A stretch of DNA of 18,170 nt from Candidatus Hermodarchaeota archaeon (GCA_016840135.1 JAEOSX010000168.1:1-18170), one strand, 5' to 3'; counted from the stretch's first letter, positions 1-6,557 are shown. The notes: generated by a model not told the origin, from the letters alone. Translations and numbers: made by a program.

Positions 1-498
1 CGCTCCTTGGTGCGAGACACGCTAACAGCGCGACAGCTGCTTGAAGCAGAGGGTTCCAGCTGGGAGGAGTTTCTCCTAGAGGAACACATCACTGAAAGAT
101 TTCCAGAAGCTTCAGGGAAGCTTCAGATAGGAGAACAAGCACCTCAGGGAGAGACACCTGTAGAATTAACAGGCCAGACCTCGGCCAAAATGGCGGCTAA
201 AGCAGCAGACATAGTCTCTGATATTATTACACTAATTGATATCGCCAAGCTTGGTGATGTCGCCAGAATGGATTTAATCGTACCCTTACTAGACGATGCA
301 ATTATCTTACTCACGAAATATCCGAATTTTCCCCCTGACTATTGGATTCTAATTGCATTGAAAGAGTGGCGGGATAGGCTTCAACAGCGTGACCCACGTG
401 ATAAACTCTCACCAGAAGAAGCAAAACACCTTGAATTTCAGTCAATCCGATGGTTGAATGATTTCAAACGACGTCTTCGGGAGATGGCTGCCGAGTAA
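1..498 (+). CDS. vps28: ESCRT-I subunit Vps28-like, 5'-partial. The frame is open to the left window edge, so the TTG at nt 7 is probably not the true start.
   Basis: The C-terminal ~100 aa (nt ~184-495) match, motif for motif, my recollection of the human VPS28 C-terminal four-helix bundle. AADIVSDIITLIDIAKL..ARMD compares with IADVVSLFITVMDKLRL..RAMD; PPDY with PPDF; KEW..RL with SQWL..L; and DKLSPEEAKHLEFQS..WLNDFKRRL with DELDDSQVRQMLFDLESAYNAFNRFL. There is no stop between nt 1 and 7 in this frame. It is the first gene in a run of ESCRT genes. Confidence 0.8.
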   Translation, partial: RSLVRDTLTARQLLEAEGSSWEEFLLEEHITERFPEASGKLQIGEQAPQGETPVELTGQTSAKMAAKAADIVSDIITLIDIAKLGDVARMDLIVPLLDDAIILLTKYPNFPPDYWILIALKEWRDRLQQRDPRDKLSPEEAKHLEFQSIRWLNDFKRRLREMAAE

Positions 499-516
499 TT
501 ATGTCGAGGCAGATAG

Positions 517-813
517 TTGATGAAGGGTTCAGCGTGGTCATTTGCAGAGATGCGAGAGCGGCTGGTGAATGTTATAAATAAAGCAAATCTACAGATAAAC
601 GCTGAATATGTTCTTGAGGACCTCGATGTGGTCGTCGCGTTCGCTCAGGCTATGCTTGGTAACAACCATCTGGTTACAACTGAGGCACAAGAATGGTACG
701 GATACTTCTGGGATAAGTACCGCAATAACCTAGAACAACATGTGGAGGAGCACGAAGCACGTCGTTTTGCGATGTGTGCAGAGATGTGGTTAAATTACAT
801 TCGACAGATTTGA
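517..813 (+). CDS. Small all-helical hypothetical protein (98 aa), possibly a stand-alone Vps28-C-terminal-domain-like four-helix bundle. The true start may be the ATG at 520.
   Basis: It fills the gap between vps28-like and vps22-like on the same strand (18 bp and 12 bp spacers). The tail EEHEARRFAMCAEMWLNYIRQI parallels the upstream gene's PEEAKHLEFQSIRWLNDFKRRL, and the earlier VINKANLQ...LEDLDVVV parallels LIDIAKLG...PLLDDAII. The similarity is pattern-level only. Confidence 0.5.
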   Translation: MMKGSAWSFAEMRERLVNVINKANLQINAEYVLEDLDVVVAFAQAMLGNNHLVTTEAQEWYGYFWDKYRNNLEQHVEEHEARRFAMCAEMWLNYIRQI

Positions 814-825
814 GGAGGACTTGCT

Positions 826-1563
826 GTGTGTGGACTTCATGAAATAGAAAAACGAATAGAGATGGATGCTGCTTATCGACGGAAACGTGCCAAGCTTATG
901 CTCAAAGAACTGGAAAATATGCTTCAAACTATCGCGGAACTAGGCAGCCAAGCGGAAAATTTCGAAAGATCATATGGTGAAATTCTAGAAGATACGCCAG
1001 AGCTTGGTGAGAAGGTTGCAGCAATTGCTAGAGAACTTGGGATCACCCTGCCCAGTGTTTCAGCGCCCGTTGATGTGGAAGATAAGCCAGGGCTGTTCGA
1101 GCGCATCACAGGACGTGGACGTTTCTACGAACAGCTAGGATTACAAATTCTTGACCTAGCTAAACGGCGGAGAAGTGAAACTGGGGGTATAATGACTCTT
1201 GCAGAAGTTGTAATCTTGGTAAATAAACGTCGCCGCCACAATGTTTCTCAGGTTGATGTGGCACGTGCCATCCACCACCTTACTAGTGCTAAGCTGATTC
1301 CAGGGCTACACAAGCTCAGGTCCGGCATCAAGATTGTCGAGTTTATTCCTCGTGAATTTACTGAAGACCAAGTTATCGTGCTTTCCCTTGCTAGCCGAAC
1401 TGGGTACACCACACTTGAAGATGTTATGACTCAAACTCGGTGGAATCGAGAACGCGCACTTGCAGCGCTCCAGAGCCTCAAAGATTCAGGTGCGGCTAAA
1501 CTTGACGAATCTTACGCTCATGGAACCCGATACTTCTTCCCTGGACTTACTCCTTCAGCATAA
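826..1563 (+). CDS. ESCRT-II subunit Vps22/Vps36-like (EAP30 family, closest in pattern to SNF8/Vps22). The GTG start at 826 is uncertain.
   Basis: GRFYEQLGLQILDLAKRRRSETGGIMTLAEV...VSQVDVARAIHHL compares with human SNF8 GDFYYELGVQIIEVC...NGGLITLEEL...VSQDDLIRAIKKL as I recall it. The second winged-helix part VIVLSLASRTGYTTLEDVMTQTRWNRERALAALQSLKDSGAAKLD...YFFPGL compares with VVLQLAEKNGYVTVSEIKASLKWETERARQVLEHLLKEGLAWLD...YWLPAL. A GGAGG-like motif lies at ~813-820 upstream. No GLUE/PH-like N-terminal domain is visible. Confidence 0.88.
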   Translation: MCGLHEIEKRIEMDAAYRRKRAKLMLKELENMLQTIAELGSQAENFERSYGEILEDTPELGEKVAAIARELGITLPSVSAPVDVEDKPGLFERITGRGRFYEQLGLQILDLAKRRRSETGGIMTLAEVVILVNKRRRHNVSQVDVARAIHHLTSAKLIPGLHKLRSGIKIVEFIPREFTEDQVIVLSLASRTGYTTLEDVMTQTRWNRERALAALQSLKDSGAAKLDESYAHGTRYFFPGLTPSA

Positions 1564-1570
1564 CTGATAG

Positions 1571-1588
1571 AGACCACTAGAGTGGTTT
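1571..1588. terminator. Short inverted repeat between the convergent vps22-like and vps25-like genes; candidate bidirectional terminator hairpin
   Basis: ACCACT (1573-1578) and AGTGGT (1581-1586) form a perfect 6-bp inverted repeat, extendable by a G-U and an A-U pair, and a T-rich stretch follows. It lies in the 51-bp gap between two stop codons. The stem is short and the loop is tight, so the functional call is weak. Confidence 0.25.
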
Positions 1589-1614
1589 CTTCAACTGCTG
1601 CTCTATTCTTCATT

Positions 1615-2352
1615 TTATATTCTTATTTCTAGAACTTCCCGCTCCTTGTCTAGCCAACGGGCTCTCTTCTGTTTCACAAGGATGTCAAGAATTTCGCGAA
1701 GTTCAGATTTAGGGAGACTTTCCAGATCGTCACGGTGCTCCTTTAATTTGAAGAGCGTGAAGGTTGTACGACCAGTATCTAACGCCCAGCGATGAATCTC
1801 ATCTGCCCATTCCTCATCAGTCTTCCAGAAAACCCGGATTATACCCTCTGCTTCATCAATCCAGCGACCTAATTCCTGTTTCACAAGACTTCCCAGTATG
1901 AATCTGGCGGCACGTTGCCTGTCAGACCGTATATCATTGAAGGGGTCCAACATTACTAGCTTACGGGTAGACACGATGTGAAGGAGAACTTCCCGACAGA
2001 AATCAAGCGTGAACCCAGCCCATTCGGCGCTCCATTGTTCAATGTCTTCTTCTGAGCTAGGAATTGCGAACATGAAAGCATAGCGTCCTCGTTTTGCAAT
2101 CCAGACGTACCTTGATTTGAGGTGCTTGACTGCTAGTCTTGCAAGTTCCTCTATGCTCCTTTCCTCTTCCTCCTCAACTGGCATAACAAGAACAGCAGCT
2201 TCTTCCTCTGAATCGTCCTCTTTCTCGATTGAACGGCTTGTCTCCTGTTGTGCTTTTTCAAGAACTTGGAGATATTCCTCATCACTGAGGTGCACGGGTT
2301 TAGGCGAATCCTCCTTCTCTTTTGTCCGCCTTCTTGTCTTCTCCTTGACCAC
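1615..2352 (-). CDS. vps25: ESCRT-II subunit Vps25-like, with a ~75-aa highly charged N-terminal extension
   Basis: WSAEWAGFTLDFCRE...DPFND...LVKQELGRWIDEAEGIIRVFWKTDEEWADEIHRWALDTGRTTFTLFKL...LREILDILVKQKRARWL compares with human VPS25 LAAWCSLVLSFCRL...SPLFNN...LRKKGNLEWLDKSKSSFLIMWRRPEEWGKLIYQWVSRSGQNNSVFTLYEL...LLRALQALQQEHKAEI as I recall it. The GTG start lies 13 bp after the vps4 stop, preceded by an AGGGGATGA SD-like motif, which implies a vps4-vps25 operon. Confidence 0.85.
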   Translation of the reverse strand: MVKEKTRRRTKEKEDSPKPVHLSDEEYLQVLEKAQQETSRSIEKEDDSEEEAAVLVMPVEEEEERSIEELARLAVKHLKSRYVWIAKRGRYAFMFAIPSSEEDIEQWSAEWAGFTLDFCREVLLHIVSTRKLVMLDPFNDIRSDRQRAARFILGSLVKQELGRWIDEAEGIIRVFWKTDEEWADEIHRWALDTGRTTFTLFKLKEHRDDLESLPKSELREILDILVKQKRARWLDKEREVLEIRI

Positions 2353-2365
2353 AACTCATCCCCTA

Positions 2366-3523
2366 CTAGGAGCCGTGCTTCTCCTCCCATTCCTTATATT
2401 TTTGCAACTCCTCTGGCGTAATTGTCGTATGGATGTGACTCAAACTCTCAACGAAATCTTTCTGGATGACAGGTCGTATCTGCTTCTCCTTATCCCGAAT
2501 AGCCCCTGAGATATCCAGTTCACGAATCGGTTCAAGAGAAGCCTCCCGACAAATATGAGCGATATCGGAGCCTGCATACCCCTCAGTCATATCGCCAAGC
2601 TGGTCAAAGTCAACATCGCTTTCCAACTCGATGCCCCTCGTGTGAATCTCGAAAATCCGTACTCTTGCTGCCTTCTCGGGGGTAGGAACATAAATACGCC
2701 GTTCGAAACGCCGGCGAAAAGCTGGATCAATATCCCAAGGTCGGTTTGTCGCACCCAGCACAACAACACGGTCACCCTTCCGGCTCTTCATACCATCAAT
2801 CTCAACAAGGAATTGGGTCTTCAGGCGACGCTCCCCGCCCACTTGGTCAGTACCACGCTGGGCTGTTAAAGCATCAACCTCGTCAAGGAACACAATAGAA
2901 GGCTGAGACTTCCTAGCAGCTGTAAAAAGCTGCTTAACCAGTCTCTCTGATTCACCCAACCACTTCGAAACAAGCGACCCAGCATCTGCGTTGAAGAATG
3001 TAGCCTCAGTCTCGTTCGCCACCGCTTTGGCAATCAAAGTTTTACCACAACCAGGAGGCCCAAAGAGCAAAACTCCTCTCCAAGGTTGACGCGCACCAGT
3101 AAACAAATCTGGACGGAGAATAGGTAAGATGATGGCTTCGCGCAACGCTTGCTTTGCTTCCTCAAGGTTCGCCACATCATCCCATTTAACGCTCGGTTTC
3201 TCACGAACAACCAAACTAGCTATGTCGTCCTGTAACTCCGAATCTGGACCCTCTACTTCTGTATCCCCGATATCAGGACCAGGACCCCCCACTCTAACAC
3301 GCCCACTCCGTAGTAATTTTGCTCGAGCAATATACTGCTCAGCTCTCTCCAAGGCAATAAGCCTCATCTTTGGCATCCTCGAAATCCTCGCTGCCTTTGC
3401 GAGAATATCTGCAGCCTCGATGTAAATGGAAGCAGCCTCCGAGCGTTTGCCAGCCCTATCATATTCAGATGCCTTGCTCGCTTTTTCTTCAGCGATTCTC
3501 ATAAGATATTGTGCACTGCTCAA
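2366..3523 (-). CDS. vps4: Vps4/CdvC-type AAA+ ATPase with an N-terminal MIT domain. The start is either TTG at 3523 or ATG at 3502.
   Basis: An N-terminal three-helix MIT-like region (AEEKASKASEYDRAGKRSEAASIYIEAADILAKA...ERAEQYIARAKLL) is followed by an acidic/Gly-Pro linker. It has Walker A GPPGCGKT and Walker B IVFLDEVD. ATNRPWDIDPAFRRRFERRIYVPTPE is the typical Vps4/katanin-clade signature, and the C-terminal helix is EELQKYKEWEEKHG. Confidence 0.95.
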   Translation of the reverse strand: MSSAQYLMRIAEEKASKASEYDRAGKRSEAASIYIEAADILAKAARISRMPKMRLIALERAEQYIARAKLLRSGRVRVGGPGPDIGDTEVEGPDSELQDDIASLVVREKPSVKWDDVANLEEAKQALREAIILPILRPDLFTGARQPWRGVLLFGPPGCGKTLIAKAVANETEATFFNADAGSLVSKWLGESERLVKQLFTAARKSQPSIVFLDEVDALTAQRGTDQVGGERRLKTQFLVEIDGMKSRKGDRVVVLGATNRPWDIDPAFRRRFERRIYVPTPEKAARVRIFEIHTRGIELESDVDFDQLGDMTEGYAGSDIAHICREASLEPIRELDISGAIRDKEKQIRPVIQKDFVESLSHIHTTITPEELQKYKEWEEKHGS

Positions 3524-3745
3524 CGCTAATCAACCTACCGAGGAAGACACAAGCCACTAGTAACAAAACGCCTTCTTTAGTCTTTGTGGAAATAGTACAC
3601 AATTATTCTGAGCCTTTGTCCCTAAGAACTAGTTCATCACAATGATAGTTAGTTTACAAAGACTTAATTTGGTGTAATTCGAATAACTCTTGTCGAAAAG
3701 ATAATAAGCCTCTCTTTAGCCAGAGGAAATTGGTAGATAATAAAA
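3524..3745. promoter_or_regulatory. Divergent intergenic region between vps4 (-) and ESCRT-III (+); presumed bidirectional promoter region
   Basis: This is a 222-bp AT-rich non-coding gap between divergently oriented first genes. TATA-like AAAGATAATAA lies at ~3697-3707, about 40-49 nt upstream of the ATG at 3746. No BRE or TSS can be assigned with confidence. Confidence 0.3.
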
Positions 3746-4357
3746 ATGTCAGCAATAAGACGATTCCAACAATGGCTCGGCGGAAAACCATCACTCAAGA
3801 AGCTAATCTTCCGACTAGACGTTTTTTGCCGTAAGTTGGATTTGCAGAGGAAGATGTTGGAGAAGGAAGCTAGTAAGAGTCGTCAGAAGGCGAAGAGATA
3901 CAGGCTTCAAGGCAATATGGATGCTGTTCGTCTTTACCTGCAGCATCACCTGCGGTTCCAGAAGTGGGCTCTTAGCGTTGATGCATATCGTTTACGTATT
4001 GAAGGATTACAGACTCAGCTTCGGCAGAGCGAGGCAATGGGCGATCTTGCGAAGATTCTCGGCCAGCTTAATGCTGCCTTGGGCGGGCTGAAAACCCAAG
4101 TCAAGGTGCCGGAGGTGGCCCAGCTTGTTGATCAGATTGAAGGGAACCTACGCCACTTCGAGATGACCCAAGAGATTGCGGATGCAGGCATGGAGCGTAT
4201 GTCAGTATCTACTGAAGTGACTGATGGCGAAGTAAGCCAGGCATTAACAGATCTTGACCAGGAAATTGAAGTAGAAACAGGTACCGCACTTCCCCAACCA
4301 GAACAGCGCGTTTCGCAACTAGAGGAAGAAATTCGAAGGCTTAAGGAGGAAAGCTAG
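3746..4357 (+). CDS. ESCRT-III protein, Vps2/24/46 (CHMP1-3)-like, Snf7 family
   Basis: The N-terminus RRFQQWLGGK compares with yeast Vps2 SLFEWVFGK. The core KAKRYRLQGNMDAVRLYLQHHLRFQKW...LRIEGLQTQLRQSEAMGDLAKILGQLNAALGGLKTQVKVPEVAQLVDQIE compares with CHMP2 KMAKQGQMDAVRIMAKDLVRTRRY...SLKIQTLKSNNSMAQAMKGVTKAMGTMNRQLKLPQIQKIMMEFE. An acidic linker precedes a C-terminal MIM1-like helix SQLEEEIRRLKEE. Its stop abuts the next ATG (TAGATG). Confidence 0.88.
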   Translation: MSAIRRFQQWLGGKPSLKKLIFRLDVFCRKLDLQRKMLEKEASKSRQKAKRYRLQGNMDAVRLYLQHHLRFQKWALSVDAYRLRIEGLQTQLRQSEAMGDLAKILGQLNAALGGLKTQVKVPEVAQLVDQIEGNLRHFEMTQEIADAGMERMSVSTEVTDGEVSQALTDLDQEIEVETGTALPQPEQRVSQLEEEIRRLKEES

Positions 4358-5014
4358 ATGGCAAAAGGGAGATTCAGCTCATTATGGGAAAGGCTATTCC
4401 CTAGGAAGCCTGAACCGAAGGAAGATACTATTGCCCGGATTCACCGGGTTGTCGATGCGCTTGAGGTTCGGGGTCGCCAATATGAGACCAAGGCCAAAGA
4501 TTCTCGTGTCAAAGCTATTCGTTATGTGAAGCGCGGAGACAGGAAAGCGGCAAAGCTCCAACTCAGGAGACGATCAAGATATCTACGCAAGGCAAGGTTG
4601 GTCGAACAAGAAATTGACCTAATGGAGCGGGGCGTAGAAGCCATCGAACAGGCTAAGGGCGAGGCTGAAGTTATGGGGGCTCTCCGTGGAATCGGCTCAA
4701 CCCTTGAGCAGTTACGCGAAACTGCGTCACCCGAATCTGCTCGGGAAACCATCTTAGAAACCCAAGCACTTATCGAGGAAGCAGAGTCAACTGAAGAGAT
4801 TCTAGGCCTCGGTTTGGACGACGATGAGTTGGATGCTGACGTCGAAGCAGAATTGGAAGACATTGAGACACTAGTCGCTCTTGAAGAGGCTGGACAACTA
4901 CCCACGGTTCCTACAGGTGAATCAGAAGTGACTACAGGGGAGCTAACGTCAGAAGAAAGACGTGAACGTACCCGCAAAGAGCTTGATCGCCTTCGAAAGG
5001 AACTAGAAGAATAA
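4358..5014 (+). CDS. ESCRT-III protein, Vps20/32/60 (Snf7/CHMP4/6)-like
   Basis: The N-terminal amphipathic motif RFSSLWERLF compares with yeast Snf7 MWSSLFGW. The core VKRGDRKAAKLQLRRRSRYLRKARLVEQEIDLMERGVEAIEQAKGEAEVMGALR compares with CHMP4 KNKRAALQALKRKKRYEKQLAQIDGTLSTIEFQREALENANTNTEVLKNM. The acidic stretch is LDDDELDADVEAELEDIE. It carries a MIM2-like LPTVPT (4898-4915) and a terminal helix KELDRLRKELEE. Confidence 0.88.
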   Translation: MAKGRFSSLWERLFPRKPEPKEDTIARIHRVVDALEVRGRQYETKAKDSRVKAIRYVKRGDRKAAKLQLRRRSRYLRKARLVEQEIDLMERGVEAIEQAKGEAEVMGALRGIGSTLEQLRETASPESARETILETQALIEEAESTEEILGLGLDDDELDADVEAELEDIETLVALEEAGQLPTVPTGESEVTTGELTSEERRERTRKELDRLRKELEE

Positions 5015-5060
5015 TCAGCAAAATCCCAATCCTTCAAACATTGTCTTTCTGGCGTTTAAG

Positions 5061-6557
5061 CTAAAAGAAGGGGTCATCAGTTACAGAGTGTTCCCCAGTC
5101 AATTCGCCAATTCGGGTTTCTACTAGGTAGAGGTCCCGGCTCAAGGAACGATATTGCTTGAAGAAGCTTTCGTTAGATATTTTTCCCTCGTCGAATTGTC
5201 GCTTCAGAAGCTTCAATGTAGCTTGGAGGCTATACTTCTGTTGCCGTAACTGGAAGAGCTGGTCATGGGGAAGTCGGCTCACTTCGCTCCTTGAAGGTGG
5301 ATATTGTGCTGGTTGATGGCTTTGTGCCGTGGTATGATGACTATGGAGACCCGAGGGGACTGAGGGAATATCTTTGGTAACAGCTTGATCTATCAGCCTG
5401 TCAATTTCATCTCGTAGCACCATGATATCCACTTTCATGCTAGTCACCCGCATGGAGCCCTTGATAGTGACAAGACTGTGTTCACTGAAGTTCTGAGCCA
5501 ATGCAATTGTTTTTGGAATCTCTTGGAGTGTCTCAGAAGTTCCCCGAAGCCTTAATACATCCTCTTCAGTAGTGACAAGAAGCCTTCGACGGATGCGCCC
5601 CTCCTCTGATGTACTGGTGATTGCAGAAAGAGGTACAATACGAATCACAGATATACCCCGCTTTATCAAGCCAGTTTGACCTAGAAATAGAAGCCGCTGG
5701 GTCGTCACGAAAAGAGTTCCATGACTCACCCCCTTTCCTGTTTCTGTTTTACTCAAACTTACTAGTGGAATCGCAGCAACAGCTTTCTCCTCTTCACTGA
5801 TGTCAAGGTGTTCGGCGTATTTTGAAAACAGCATATGCCATTGTTGCAGCGGTACTAACTCCCTTTCTATAGTTCCCAATATGTCTTCTAATTCTTTGAT
5901 TAGCTCTAGACAATATCTTTCATAATCGTCGATGTCCTCTTGTATGCCTTCTATTAGTCCAGCTAGAAGTGGAAAATCTGAAACTTGCCATTTTTCGGGA
6001 TGAATAAAACGAGCTTTGCTTGCCTTGTGTCGTTCAACTACTTTGTGAGCTCGAAAGACTATTCGTTCATTTACCGCTGGAATCCTTTTCGTGATAAGTT
6101 CCAGTAATTTCTTCTCTATTTCGGGATTGTGAAGGAAACCATTATTACGTAACTCTCGGATATGCCATCGCAAAGTTCTCAAACGAGTAGCAAACCCTGA
6201 CAGTAATTCATGTCCCACACGAAGCTTGTAGTATGTTGTTTGAAACCGACTAACAAGTTTTTGCCGCATATTATGGATTGGTGTCACAGCTGTTGAACCA
6301 CAGTTGACACACAAATGCTCCCTTCGGGTCGCTCGCTGTGCTGGTTCTCCACACTCGCTGCAAACCGCCCCCTCCTCAGTTTCCTCCATACTGCTGGGAC
6401 CACAGCGGCTACAAGTGTTAAACTCGCTTACTTTCTGTTTAGAACATTTCAAACAGAAAACATAGCCACAATCCATACAACAGCGCTCAACCACACGAAT
6501 ACGGCAAATCGGGCATAACTGATCACTGCTTTGTGGTCCTTGTTTTGGTAAGGACAT
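5061..6557 (-). CDS. Multidomain hypothetical protein (498 aa): RING-like Cys cluster, zinc ribbon, helical region, GRAM/GLUE/PH-like domain and SHOCT-like C-terminus
   Basis: It has an ATG start and a long uninterrupted ORF. Six CxxC pairs occur at aa 15-86 (nt 6300-6515): CPIC-x11-CGYVFCLKC-x10-CSRC, then CSEC-x13-CVNC. At aa ~255-357 (nt ~5487-5795), GKGVSHGTLFVTTQRLLFLGQ..IRIVPLSAI..RRLLVTTEEDVLRLRG..LQEIPKTIALA has the strand pattern of GRAM/GLUE/bacterial-PH domains. At aa ~432-486 (nt ~5100-5264), LKRQFDEGKISNESFFKQYRSL is SHOCT-like. All domain calls are motif-level inference. Confidence 0.7.
   Translation of the reverse strand: MSLPKQGPQSSDQLCPICRIRVVERCCMDCGYVFCLKCSKQKVSEFNTCSRCGPSSMEETEEGAVCSECGEPAQRATRREHLCVNCGSTAVTPIHNMRQKLVSRFQTTYYKLRVGHELLSGFATRLRTLRWHIRELRNNGFLHNPEIEKKLLELITKRIPAVNERIVFRAHKVVERHKASKARFIHPEKWQVSDFPLLAGLIEGIQEDIDDYERYCLELIKELEDILGTIERELVPLQQWHMLFSKYAEHLDISEEEKAVAAIPLVSLSKTETGKGVSHGTLFVTTQRLLFLGQTGLIKRGISVIRIVPLSAITSTSEEGRIRRRLLVTTEEDVLRLRGTSETLQEIPKTIALAQNFSEHSLVTIKGSMRVTSMKVDIMVLRDEIDRLIDQAVTKDIPSVPSGLHSHHTTAQSHQPAQYPPSRSEVSRLPHDQLFQLRQQKYSLQATLKLLKRQFDEGKISNESFFKQYRSLSRDLYLVETRIGELTGEHSVTDDPFF

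Noticed and set aside
501-575. Short ATG-initiated ORF (MSRQIVDEGFSVVICRDARAAGECYK) in the vps28/98-aa-ORF junction
   Set aside because: It is only ~26 codons, out of frame with both neighbours, and overlaps the better-supported 98-aa ORF.
2117-2509. 130-aa plus-strand ORF and 79-aa minus-strand alternate-frame ORF spanning the vps25/vps4 junction
   Set aside because: They overlap two well-supported genes and are low complexity (S-rich, R/K-rich). They have no independent start context.
3524-3745. Possible small RNA (for example a C/D-box sRNA) in the unusually long 222-bp vps4/ESCRT-III spacer
   Set aside because: I found only an isolated CTGA (~3609) and a TGATAG (~3644). They are in the wrong order and spacing for C then D boxes on either strand, and there are no terminal complementary stems. 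The region is more simply a divergent promoter.
4522-5037. 171-aa Ser-rich ORF on the minus strand, overlapping the whole Snf7-like gene
   Set aside because: It is the antisense shadow of a Glu/Asp/Leu/Arg-rich coiled-coil gene. It is low complexity (runs of S), has no motifs and no independent intergenic space. The plus-strand ESCRT-III reading has strong family signatures.
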